A stretch of DNA of 53,358 bases from a virus (Duplodnaviria > Caudoviricetes). The stretch is taken from the IMG/VR virus record IMGVR_UViG_3300011013_000016, positions 1 to 53,358 of that record, one strand, 5' to 3'. The translations under genes and the position numbers were made by a program. Positions 9,067 to 18,219 of the stretch are shown piece after piece. Position 1 is the stretch's first letter. Each line of letters begins with the position of its first letter. Under the pieces are notes generated by a model. It saw only the letters and a program-made list of their open reading frames with translations, was not told the DNA's origin and made no database searches.

Positions 9067-9399
9067 ATGGCCACGATCCTGGAGACTCTCAAGACCTGGC
9101 GCCGGAGCTTTCGCAAGAAGCGGAAGAACATCGTCACCCTCCGGCTCCCCAGCGACAAGGCGCTGACCGAGATGGCGACGGGCGCCGCGGAGCTTGCCAT
9201 GGAGAAGGGCCTGTCGGGCGACAAGGCCCGCGAGTTCGCGATGAAGGAGCTGGTGCGGAACATCGAGTCCGTCATCAAGGGAAACCCGGACACTCAACTC
9301 GGCCGGCTCATCGAGATCTTGGACGACGTGCTCGGGATCTTTGTCGAGATGGGGTACCAGATCGCGCTGGCCAGACTGGAGGCACAGAAGGCGGCCTGA
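9067..9399 (+). CDS. Hypothetical protein, possible holin
   Basis: ATG 9067 after GGAGG; basic N-terminus; follows endolysin. Confidence 0.55.
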   Translation: MATILETLKTWRRSFRKKRKNIVTLRLPSDKALTEMATGAAELAMEKGLSGDKAREFAMKELVRNIESVIKGNPDTQLGRLIEILDDVLGIFVEMGYQIALARLEAQKAA

Positions 9400-9417
9400 C
9401 GGGCTATCCTGCCCACG

Positions 9418-9861
9418 ATGTCCGACTCGTTCCGAGAGCTGTACGCCAAGCTGACGCGCTCGATCACGCGTTTCGCGGACGTGTTCGTTCAGTCCGAGCT
9501 GGACTGTGAGGCCACAGTTGAGATCGAGCACGAAGGCCGGTCCTACGTTGTGACATGGGACGGCATTCGTCGCCCGCAGGACTTCCGGATCTTGGAGCGA
9601 AACGGCTCTTCTGAGGCAAGCCCCAAGGACTGGAGGAGCCCGGCCCGGCCCGACTACGTTGCGGCGGTGGCTGTGGCTCTACACCCACTGCACAAGGAGG
9701 CTCGCCGCGTTGTGCACGAGAATGCTCGGGTGCTGGAGTCCGCCCGGGCCAAGCTACAGGCGGCGCTGACAGCGCCTACCCCGCCGGAGTCCGCTCCCGA
9801 GCCTCCCGACGCCGACGCTCCTTCCGGTTCCCCCGGGTCTCCGGAACCGGACCAGCGATGA
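9418..9861 (+). CDS. Hypothetical protein
   Basis: 147 aa ORF; 3' end overlaps convergent gene. Confidence 0.55.
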   Translation: MSDSFRELYAKLTRSITRFADVFVQSELDCEATVEIEHEGRSYVVTWDGIRRPQDFRILERNGSSEASPKDWRSPARPDYVAAVAVALHPLHKEARRVVHENARVLESARAKLQAALTAPTPPESAPEPPDADAPSGSPGSPEPDQR

Positions 9862-10156
9862 TCGACGCCTGCAAGGCGCCGATGAAGATGTGGTTCTGGA
9901 TCTGGACCGAGGTGCCGTTCTGGATGCGGTTCGCGATGTCGCGCCACGCCTTTCGCATCTCACCAGGAGAGTCGAACTCGATGACCTGCTCGTACCCGTA
10001 CTGGCGCACGAGGATGGCGTACTCGGGCCCACTCTTCGGGGGTGCCTTCGCCTTGGGCGGGGCACCCTTGGCCTTCGCCTTGGTCTGGGTGGTGCGGGCC
10101 TTCCTGGTGGTGACCTTGGGCTCGGGGATCTTGAGCCCCTCGTTCTTGCTGGGCAT
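9776..10156 (-). CDS. Basic hypothetical protein
   Basis: AGGAGAGG RBS; K/R-rich termini. Confidence 0.6.
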   Translation of the reverse strand: MPSKNEGLKIPEPKVTTRKARTTQTKAKAKGAPPKAKAPPKSGPEYAILVRQYGYEQVIEFDSPGEMRKAWRDIANRIQNGTSVQIQNHIFIGALQASIIAGPVPETRGNRKERRRREARERTPAG

Positions 10157-10190
10157 CTGGCCTCTCCTGTTGCTTGAGGGATACTAACCG

Positions 10191-10739
10191 ATGGCGGGAC
10201 TGACGGTGTCTATCAAGGTGATGCTGTCCCCACGGATGCGCAAGGCCATCGAGAAGGAGGCCCTGGCTCAGGGGGTGTCCATCGGCGAGATGATGCGCAG
10301 GTGCATCGCCCGGTTCATCCACGCTCCGGACGTGTCCCTGTACAGGGAGGTCCACCTTGGACGAAACGGGTTCCAACCCGAGCGGGCTCTGGAGTACTTG
10401 GCTGCGAGGAAACCGCTTGTCGCAGACCTGACTGCCGGAGACCACCTGGAGACGTCCTTGCGCCAGGTCCTGCGCAGACATCTCCCCACGACCCAGGCCC
10501 GCAGGCTGGAGATGCGCCTACAAGGCAGGACGTTCGAGGAGATCGGTGCTGACGAGGGCTGCTCCAAGCAGGCGGCCGAGCAGGCGGTCTCGCGCGCTCT
10601 CGTGACCTTGCGGGACAACCACGACTTCCTCGGGGCCTTGGCCAGGCTCTTCCCAGACTCCGGGCTCGACGGAGCTACACTCTTGATGGCGACCTCCTAC
10701 GATGAAAACCTCCAAGTCCAAGTCCAAGCCTCCCCCTGA
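10191..10739 (+). CDS. Transcription regulator: RHH domain fused to sigma70 region-4-like HTH
   Basis: SIKVMLSPRMRKAIEKEALAQGVSIGEMMRRCI (RHH) and QGRTFEEIGADEGCSKQAAEQAVSRALVTLR (sigma region 4). Confidence 0.7.
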   Translation: MAGLTVSIKVMLSPRMRKAIEKEALAQGVSIGEMMRRCIARFIHAPDVSLYREVHLGRNGFQPERALEYLAARKPLVADLTAGDHLETSLRQVLRRHLPTTQARRLEMRLQGRTFEEIGADEGCSKQAAEQAVSRALVTLRDNHDFLGALARLFPDSGLDGATLLMATSYDENLQVQVQASP

Positions 10740-11028
10740 GCAGGATCCGGCCCTGCTGGAAATGGTTGAGGACGCGAAGACCCACATGGTCAACCTGGAC
10801 AGCTACGATGGGTTGCTCAACGCCACCCGCGCGATCATGACAGGTGTTGCTGGCGGGGTCTTCGGACACCAGCAGGGCGGCGTCTTGCTGCGAGGGGTCA
10901 AGATGTCCCTGGAGATCTTGGAGGCAAAGAAGAGGAGAGAGAACGGCCACAACCCGCTCAACGTCGGACCTGAGCACACCACTCCGGATGGCCCCTTCGC
11001 CTTCCGACGCAAAGCACCCGGCGGGTGA
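10702..11028 (+). CDS. Candidate terminase small subunit
   Basis: Helical 108 aa ORF coupled (GTGA) to terL; positional inference only. Confidence 0.4.
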   Translation: MKTSKSKSKPPPEQDPALLEMVEDAKTHMVNLDSYDGLLNATRAIMTGVAGGVFGHQQGGVLLRGVKMSLEILEAKKRRENGHNPLNVGPEHTTPDGPFAFRRKAPGG

Positions 11029-12656
11029 GCGCCAACTACGACGTCAAGTTCCGGCCGGACCAGGAGGAGTTCTGGGACCCGGCGTGGTTCTGTGCCCAGC
11101 ACAAGGTCAAGGCCCTCAACAACCGGATGGTACCCTTCCACCTCAACAGCGCCCAGATGGTGCTATCCGCCGCTGTGCGCAGGGCATACGCGGAGGGAAA
11201 GTGGGTGGCGCATGTGAAGCCTCGACGGGAGGGGTCCTCGACCTTCTTTGCGGCCCTGGTCTACCAGCACTGTGGGTTCCGCAGCGGCAGCGGCACCGGC
11301 ATCATCGCGAACAAGGAGAAGACGACCAAGGAGCTTGCCCGCATCGCGATCCGGACTCACCGCACGACACCCAAGTGGATGAGGCCCCGCAAGCTGCCCG
11401 GATTGAAGCGGTCCTTGGAGTTCCCGGACATCGACTCCTGGATGACCATCGAGGGCGTTGGCTCGGACGAGCCGTTCCGCGGGGAGGGTTTGTCCGCCGG
11501 CCTGGCGTCGGAGATCTGCAAGTGGAACGAGCGCTCCGAGGAGCTGGCTGACAAGGCATGGGTCTCGATGCGCAACGCGGTGTCCGAGGAGGCGGGCATC
11601 CTGTTCGCGGAGAGCACCCCATCGCACTTCGGCGACCCGATGCACCAAGTCTTCCAGGAAGCGGAGCGCCCCAACTCCCCCTGGATCAAGGTCTTCATCC
11701 CCTGGACGCTCATCGATCGCTACAAGCGCACGCCGCCCCCAGGGTGGAAGCCGGTGCCGGAGGTGCGCGACTACGTGGACCAGTGGGGCCTGTCAGCGGA
11801 GCGGGCATTCTGGATGCAGGCAGTGGGCCTGCCAAAGTGCAAGAACGACCTGCTCAAGTTCCGGGCCGAGTACCCGATCAGCGAGGCAGATTGTTGGGTG
11901 CTTGCCGGGGAGTCGGTCTTCGACAAGGCCCGGTTGATGATGATGCTCCAGGAGCTGGATGGGCACACCGGACTGGCCCAGGAGACCGCGGAGTGGTGCA
12001 ACTACGAGGAGCCGGCGCCCAACCATCGCTACGTCATCGGGGTGGACCCGGCATCGTCGTGGTCTGAGCGGGACAACTTCGCCGCCGTTGTGATCGACGT
12101 GAACACCTGCCGGGTGGTCGCAACCTACCTGGGCCACAAGGACGCCTTTCGCATCGCCAGGCTTCTGGTGGAGCAGGCCGAGCGGTTCAACCGGGCCACC
12201 CTGTACGTGGAGGCCAACGGTGTCGGTGATGCTGTGCTCAGCCACCTCATCTCCATCGGCTATCCGCGCGTCTTCCACAGGAAGAACGCCACCTCGCCTC
12301 ACGTCCCAAGGGGAACCCCGATCCCGGGCTGGTGGTCCAGCCAGCAGGCCAAGTCCACCGCGGTGTCGATTGCTCAAGAGCTGATCGTGGACGGGTCAGT
12401 GCAGATCTTCTCTCGGCGCCTGATCTCCCAGCTGTTGCAGTACCGGGGCCAGTGGGATGGGATGCGACGCGACGTGAAGGGCGGTCACTATGACCTTGCC
12501 GCCGCGTTTTGTATCGCCGTCTGGGGCTGGAAGAACGAGCTTGGCTCCAAGGGTGGGGCCAAGGTAGACAAGCGTGCACAGGTGGAGGAGTTCATGCGCA
12601 AGATCTCCGGTCGGGGGAGCGCGCACCGGAACAGCCCCTGGGGAGTGCACAGGTAG
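11025..12656 (+). CDS. terL: Terminase large subunit
   Basis: PFHLNSAQ, Walker A variant KPRREGSST, LASEI, AESTP, FIPW; nuclease YVIGVDPA, VEANGVG, HYDL. Confidence 0.93.
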   Translation: MSANYDVKFRPDQEEFWDPAWFCAQHKVKALNNRMVPFHLNSAQMVLSAAVRRAYAEGKWVAHVKPRREGSSTFFAALVYQHCGFRSGSGTGIIANKEKTTKELARIAIRTHRTTPKWMRPRKLPGLKRSLEFPDIDSWMTIEGVGSDEPFRGEGLSAGLASEICKWNERSEELADKAWVSMRNAVSEEAGILFAESTPSHFGDPMHQVFQEAERPNSPWIKVFIPWTLIDRYKRTPPPGWKPVPEVRDYVDQWGLSAERAFWMQAVGLPKCKNDLLKFRAEYPISEADCWVLAGESVFDKARLMMMLQELDGHTGLAQETAEWCNYEEPAPNHRYVIGVDPASSWSERDNFAAVVIDVNTCRVVATYLGHKDAFRIARLLVEQAERFNRATLYVEANGVGDAVLSHLISIGYPRVFHRKNATSPHVPRGTPIPGWWSSQQAKSTAVSIAQELIVDGSVQIFSRRLISQLLQYRGQWDGMRRDVKGGHYDLAAAFCIAVWGWKNELGSKGGAKVDKRAQVEEFMRKISGRGSAHRNSPWGVHR

Positions 12657-14462
12657 ATGTCTGACGCTGGTGACAAGGTCCTGCGCAAGATCCTGGCCCT
12701 CAAGGAAGCCTCCGAGCGGTACTACCGCCAGAACGACGCGGACGAGGACACCCGGAACCTCAGCTACTACCGAGGCAACTTCTGGGAGGGGGATGGCCTC
12801 AGTGCATCCATCCCCAAGGGCCGGGACTATCGAGCGACCCGCAACGAGGTCTTCCCGATCATCGACACCATCACGTCGGCCCTGGCCATGGACCTACCGC
12901 AGGTCGAGGCCATGGACCGGCGCGCACATGCAGACCCGGTTCACATCAGAGCGGAGGACCCGACCTTCGCAGGGCGCCGCATCGCCTCTGTGCTCAACTG
13001 GACCGCCGCCGAGGACGAGTGGGATGATCTCGTGCGGGAGTGGGTCCTGCACGCGATGTTGTTCCGTAAGGGGGGCATCGCCAAGACGTCCTGGTCGATG
13101 GCGCTGGCCAGGCCCATCACTCGGCTGCGGATGCCGTGGGAAGTCTTCATCGACCCTGTGGCCCGCAACATCAGGGACGCGGGCTGGATCATGGAGAAGT
13201 TCACCCTGCACTGGGACGACTTCGAGCGCCGCCTGAAGGGCGACATCTACGAGGACAAGCGGGGCACCATCAAGCCCAACGTGTACCCGCGGTCCCTGGT
13301 CTCCGCGAACCTGGACGACACCCGCGAGCGCGAGTATCGCCGCTCTGGGATCCGGGAGTACGTGGCGTTGCTGGAGTTCTGGGACTTCCGCCGCTCCACG
13401 CTCTACCACATCGACCCCGGCACCAAGCAGATCGTCATGGCGGCCCGGGTCCCCTACGGGTGCCCGTACACCCAGCTCGTGTTCAACCCCGCGGTCGGTC
13501 GGATCGAGGGGGTGTCGGACACTTCGCTCATCGCCCCCGTGCAGCGCGATATCAACGAGCTGGTCTCCGCCCGCCGTGAGGTCGTGGCTCGGTTGCCCCA
13601 CCGCATCCTCATGGACGAGGGGCTGTTCCGGTCGGACACCGAGTTCAACCGCTTCAAGGACGCCAAGACCTGGGAGCCGACGCGTGTGCGCTGGCCGGCG
13701 TCCGGGTCCATCGACGACCGGGTCTGGATCTCCCCCGAGGTGCCCACGACCTTCGACTTCAGGATGCACCTGGAAGACAATGTGGACTCCGCTCGGTACA
13801 TCCCTGGGGTGAGCGACTTCCAGCGCGGCACCGTGAAGAACATCCGGACGGCCGAGGAGGCCAACATGATCCGCGGCGCCGTCGAGGGCCGCATGGGCGT
13901 GAAGGCCCGCCGGCTCACTCGCGCCGTGAAGCAGCTGTTTGACCGCTCTCTGGAGGTCATGCGGTGGGCTCTGCGCCACCCCGTGGACTCCACCGTGGAC
14001 CTTGGGACAATCGCCAACGCGACCGTCACCGGCATCAGCCCGGGTCAACTTGGACAGGAGCTGCTCCACGAGTCTGTGAAGTTCAAGCTGCTGCCGTTCT
14101 CCCCAACGATGGAGGACAAGTCAGCGCGGCGCCAGAACCTGGCCAACCTGCTCCCGAACATTCCGGACTCGTGGCTGGATCAGGTGGATCCGCGTGAGGG
14201 AATGCGGGAGATCATGGAGCTGTGGGAGATGCGCCCGAGCTTGCTCCTCACTGAGGAGGAGGTGGCCGAGAAGACCGCTCCGCCAGACCCGGCCGGAGCT
14301 GGCGCAGGGCCCCCGATGCCCGGCGGTCTCCCCCCGATGCCCGGCGCCGGCATGATGCCGCCCGCGGGAATGCCGGATCTGCCACTTGACGGTGCCGGAC
14401 CTCCACCCGAGTTGCTAGCTGCTGTGCAGGCCCTTTCGGGTGGCCAGACCCCCCTTGCTTGA
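12657..14462 (+). CDS. Portal protein
   Basis: 601 aa directly after terL; PWEVFIDP, VQRDINEL, TAEEA; Pro/Gly/Met-rich C-tail. Confidence 0.85.
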   Translation: MSDAGDKVLRKILALKEASERYYRQNDADEDTRNLSYYRGNFWEGDGLSASIPKGRDYRATRNEVFPIIDTITSALAMDLPQVEAMDRRAHADPVHIRAEDPTFAGRRIASVLNWTAAEDEWDDLVREWVLHAMLFRKGGIAKTSWSMALARPITRLRMPWEVFIDPVARNIRDAGWIMEKFTLHWDDFERRLKGDIYEDKRGTIKPNVYPRSLVSANLDDTREREYRRSGIREYVALLEFWDFRRSTLYHIDPGTKQIVMAARVPYGCPYTQLVFNPAVGRIEGVSDTSLIAPVQRDINELVSARREVVARLPHRILMDEGLFRSDTEFNRFKDAKTWEPTRVRWPASGSIDDRVWISPEVPTTFDFRMHLEDNVDSARYIPGVSDFQRGTVKNIRTAEEANMIRGAVEGRMGVKARRLTRAVKQLFDRSLEVMRWALRHPVDSTVDLGTIANATVTGISPGQLGQELLHESVKFKLLPFSPTMEDKSARRQNLANLLPNIPDSWLDQVDPREGMREIMELWEMRPSLLLTEEEVAEKTAPPDPAGAGAGPPMPGGLPPMPGAGMMPPAGMPDLPLDGAGPPPELLAAVQALSGGQTPLA

Positions 14463-14474
14463 CGGAGTGAGCAT

Positions 14475-14807
14475 ATGAGCTACGGCTCGACGAAGGAAAT
14501 CGCGAAAAAGGCGAACAAGGGCGACGAGGAGGCACTCCAGCTCCTGGTGATTGCGCTTCCGTCCGGCACAGACACCGATCCCGACACGCTCAAGGCCAAG
14601 GCCAAGGAGATGTCCGGAGAAGAGGAGCCCGACACCGAGGAGGAGCCCGAGGTGAAGGACCCGGACCTGAAGGACTCGATCCTCGCTTCCCTGTCCGACA
14701 TCGACCTCGACGAGGACCAGCTCAAGGCTGTCTGCAAAGCGATCTACAAGGGCCTGGAGAGCGGCGAGATCGACCACGGCAAGCACACGGACGACGAGGA
14801 CGAGTAG
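14475..14807 (+). CDS. Acidic hypothetical protein in head module
   Basis: 110 aa D/E-rich ORF with RBS. Confidence 0.6.
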   Translation: MSYGSTKEIAKKANKGDEEALQLLVIALPSGTDTDPDTLKAKAKEMSGEEEPDTEEEPEVKDPDLKDSILASLSDIDLDEDQLKAVCKAIYKGLESGEIDHGKHTDDEDE

Positions 14808-15353
14808 GTGCCGGTCTACACCTACACCTGTCCTGCCTGCCCGACTCGATTCGAAGACTTCTGCAGCCACTGGTCCCAGCGCGCGGAGATGCTCTACTGC
14901 CCTCGCTGCGTCACGATCTCCCCGAGGGACACAGTCTACGACTTCTCCCACCAGGGCGGCGACGACCTCAAGCTGGAGATGCAAGAGCAGGCGATCCTCA
15001 GCACGGCACAGCGACAGGCCGGGATGCGCTTCCGATCGCAGAAGGACGTGGATGCGTACGAGGAGTCTCAGGGCATGGTGCGCCAAGACGTGAACAGCAC
15101 CAGTTACCGTGCCATGATGCAAGACGACAAGGACGAGGCGGCCACGCGCGATCGTGTCCTGCGTGAGGATGGCGTGGACGGACTCGTCAGGTACAGTACC
15201 AAGCAGGACATTCAGCATGAGCTGGGCTGGTCGTCAGCAAGGTTCTGTGACTGGGAGGAACGTCAGGATGCCGCAGCTGCCCCAGACCCCGATGTCATCG
15301 CCAGCAGCATCGCCGAGTCCGGCGCCACCGCCCCAGGACATGGCGATCCCTGA
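14808..15353 (+). CDS. FmdB-like zinc-ribbon protein
   Basis: MPVYTYTCPAC...FE...CPRC. Confidence 0.7.
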   Translation: MPVYTYTCPACPTRFEDFCSHWSQRAEMLYCPRCVTISPRDTVYDFSHQGGDDLKLEMQEQAILSTAQRQAGMRFRSQKDVDAYEESQGMVRQDVNSTSYRAMMQDDKDEAATRDRVLREDGVDGLVRYSTKQDIQHELGWSSARFCDWEERQDAAAAPDPDVIASSIAESGATAPGHGDP

Positions 15354-15831
15354 GCTGGAGGCCGAGCTGGCCGCCACGCTCACAGATATCGACCGCATCG
15401 CGCGCTCATCGCCAGATGCGGAAGAGGCGCCCGCGCCGCCCCCGCAGACCCTCGCGGGAGATGCCGCACCGTCTGGCGAAGAGGCGCTGAGCGCGCTTCC
15501 GCCTGCATCCATCGAGTCCGTCTCGCAAGATCTGGTCGGCATGGGTTACCTTGGGGCTCCCACCGACCGGGTGACCCCAGACTTCAAGACGGCCCTGCAG
15601 AAGCTCGTGGACGAGCGGATGCCTGGCATGTTCGACCTGGCTGACCCGGTCCAGCTCGTGGAGGCCGTACGTGCAACCGAAAGAGGAGACCTCGCAGCAG
15701 CCCCTGGATCTGACCCCGGAGTCGGCGCAGGACCCGAACCGGCACCTGCTGGACCAGGACCAGGAACCAGCCTCCGAGGACCCGCCCCAGGACCCCGAGT
15801 CCCCCCCAATCTCGGACTCCTCCGAAGCTGA
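15340..15831 (+). CDS. Hypothetical protein
   Basis: ATG 15340 (MAIPELEAEL...); helical core and Pro-rich tail. Confidence 0.55.
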   Translation: MAIPELEAELAATLTDIDRIARSSPDAEEAPAPPPQTLAGDAAPSGEEALSALPPASIESVSQDLVGMGYLGAPTDRVTPDFKTALQKLVDERMPGMFDLADPVQLVEAVRATERGDLAAAPGSDPGVGAGPEPAPAGPGPGTSLRGPAPGPRVPPNLGLLRS

Positions 15832-16561
15832 GTCTGAGTCCGAGGAGGCTGAGCCAGAGGCTCCAGAGCCAGACGCTGCGGAGGCCGAGGAAGAGCCGGC
15901 CGCCGAGCCGGACGAGCCTGCGGACGCCGCCGAAGAAGAGCCCGAAGAGCCCGAGCCCGAGCCCGAACCGGCCCCCATCGTCTACAGCGATGTGCGGGAC
16001 ATCGACTTGGAGACCATGCCGTCCGAGGCCAGGCGCTACATGGAGCCTGCGCTGAACCTGTTGGCCCAGCGGGACCACGACCTGCAGAAGGCCACGCTGC
16101 GCTTCGAGGCCAGCCGCAAGGAGCTGGAGGACGTCAGCAGGCAGATGCAGGATCTGGACGGCAACGACCGCAAGCCCCTGCTCGACGTCATCAGCGCGAA
16201 GGATGAGACGATCAACCATGTCTCAGATGACTTGCTCAGCGTTGCGTGGCAGGCGTTCGAGGCCCTGAAGCCGGAAGCCAAGACGCTTCCCCAGGCTGTG
16301 CAGCAGGCTGTGGCCGACGAGTTCAGCGGCCTGGGCACAAGGTACGTCACCGGAAACACGCTCCAGCAGATGCTGGACGCCTACGAGTACGCCCTGTTCA
16401 AGTCCGGGCACTCACGCAAGATGCCTCAGACCCCGAGCGCCGAGGTGCGGAAGCAGACCGCCGTGGCAGAGGGGAACGCCGCGTCGTCACCGAGCAGGGT
16501 CGGGGTTGACGAGCTGGGATGGGACGAGATCATGGACAAGCATCTGGAGCTTCTGGAGTAG
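15671..16561 (+). CDS. Capsid scaffolding protein
   Basis: Acidic E/P/A N-terminus plus coiled coil, directly upstream of capsid gene; GGAGG RBS. Confidence 0.7.
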   Translation: MQPKEETSQQPLDLTPESAQDPNRHLLDQDQEPASEDPPQDPESPPISDSSEAESESEEAEPEAPEPDAAEAEEEPAAEPDEPADAAEEEPEEPEPEPEPAPIVYSDVRDIDLETMPSEARRYMEPALNLLAQRDHDLQKATLRFEASRKELEDVSRQMQDLDGNDRKPLLDVISAKDETINHVSDDLLSVAWQAFEALKPEAKTLPQAVQQAVADEFSGLGTRYVTGNTLQQMLDAYEYALFKSGHSRKMPQTPSAEVRKQTAVAEGNAASSPSRVGVDELGWDEIMDKHLELLE

Positions 16562-16591
16562 TCCTCTCTCCCACTTCTCGTCACAGGACTC

Positions 16592-17695
16592 GTGATGGCT
16601 CTGCTGGAGTACGCAACTCTCACCGTCCCGGACGTCGTCAAGAAGTCCGTCGTCGCCTTCTACAGTGCCGACCCGCTCATGCGAAAGGTCTTCAAGAAGG
16701 GCAAGGTCAAGCGCTCCGGTGGCACCCAGGTGCGCATCAAGCGGCTGAAGGGCGGGCACTCGGACGTCACCGAGATCAACCAGTCCAACCTGTCTGTGCC
16801 CCTCGTGCGCTACCCGTCGTACGGGCAGATGACGGGCGACTGGGCCAAGTACATCAAGCCGATCATCCTGCCACACCTGACGCGGGATCGACTTCCCACC
16901 CCGGGCGAGAAGTCCCAATGGGTCAAGGAGGAGAGCATGGCCGCCATGCTGAGCCTCCAGAACGAGGTGTGCCGCCAGGTGTACATCGGTCTCGGCGGCC
17001 CGGCCTCCGGCACCACCACCGGACCCCTGCTCGGGCTCGGCACCCTGAACGGCTACCGCACCACCGGGACCAGTTCGGGCTTCGAGAACGGCGCTATCCG
17101 GTTCGAGACTCCTGCCGCGCAGGAGACCGCTGCGGTCCAGTACCTGAACGAGACCCGCATCGAGGATGCGGTCAACGACCTCGACAACTGGTACAACCAC
17201 TTCCTCGACCACGGCGGCATCGGCACCGGCTTCCTCCCCGCGCTGGAGGAGCTGAAGATGACCGCGGACACGTACGCCCAGGAGGGCGGCGTGGACATCG
17301 CGCTCATGTCCATCGCCGATCACGTCGATGTGGCCGAAGAGGTCCGGTCCTACCCCGGCGGTGCCAACCAGGGCCCGGCCGTCGTCTACACGCCCGACGA
17401 TCTGGACAGCGGCAAGGCACACCAGAGCTTCCACCTCGTGAACGGCGTGCAGATCTACGCCAACCGGTGGATGACGGACACCGGCATCGATGCTGGTGCC
17501 ACGACCACCGAGCACGTCTACGCGCTCAACAGCTCCTACGTGGAGTGGTGGGTCAACGCCGGCAATGACTTCAAGGTCACCAAGTTCTTCGACGGGCTGG
17601 AGACCGGCAACCAGGATGCCGACATCGGGTACATCATCCTGGAGTGCCAGTTCGCCCTCCCCTCCCTGCTCGTCCACGGCGGACTCGCCAACTGA
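16592..17695 (+). CDS. Major capsid protein
   Basis: 367 aa; position after scaffold; strong high-expression codon bias; SGGTQVRI and LLGLGTL motifs. Confidence 0.8.
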   Translation: MMALLEYATLTVPDVVKKSVVAFYSADPLMRKVFKKGKVKRSGGTQVRIKRLKGGHSDVTEINQSNLSVPLVRYPSYGQMTGDWAKYIKPIILPHLTRDRLPTPGEKSQWVKEESMAAMLSLQNEVCRQVYIGLGGPASGTTTGPLLGLGTLNGYRTTGTSSGFENGAIRFETPAAQETAAVQYLNETRIEDAVNDLDNWYNHFLDHGGIGTGFLPALEELKMTADTYAQEGGVDIALMSIADHVDVAEEVRSYPGGANQGPAVVYTPDDLDSGKAHQSFHLVNGVQIYANRWMTDTGIDAGATTTEHVYALNSSYVEWWVNAGNDFKVTKFFDGLETGNQDADIGYIILECQFALPSLLVHGGLAN

Positions 17696-17713
17696 GCCAC
17701 CTGAGAGGTCCTG

Positions 17714-18163
17714 ATGGTCCCCCCTGTCGTCTACCTCAGCCGTCCGACGGACACTGACACCGACCAGCCGGCGTCGTTCCAGGCGCTGGTCTACAGCATC
17801 GACTCCACGTACGGCTTTCGGTACTTCCGTCCGGCGACCACCGCCGGTCTGCTCGCCACCGAGCAGCTCAAGGAGTGGGACGCGGCGGGCGCCTTCGCCC
17901 ATCGCCGGGTGATCCAGGGCACGGCGACCACTACCCGTGCCTCGGCTGCCGGCGTGACTGTGGCTGCGCTCCCGGCTTCCGACTGGGGCTGGCTCGGTTG
18001 CTATGGCTGGTTCCCGGTCGATGGGACCTACACCATCGGGACGGACGTGGTGCCCACCGCTGCGGGCGCTCTCGCAGACGCGGTCTCAGCTGCAGACGTC
18101 GGCCGGTTCGTCGTCGGCATGTGTGTCGTGGCCAACACCGACGCCCTCATCTCGGTGATCTGA
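17714..18163 (+). CDS. Capsid decoration/cement protein
   Basis: Ala/Gly/Thr-rich, DWGWLGCYG; follows capsid gene. Confidence 0.55.
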   Translation: MVPPVVYLSRPTDTDTDQPASFQALVYSIDSTYGFRYFRPATTAGLLATEQLKEWDAAGAFAHRRVIQGTATTTRASAAGVTVAALPASDWGWLGCYGWFPVDGTYTIGTDVVPTAAGALADAVSAADVGRFVVGMCVVANTDALISVI

Positions 18164-18219
18164 CAGTAGACTGCTCCGGGGCCAGCTCCTACTTGGGCAC
18201 GCTGCCCGTGTGAGGATCC

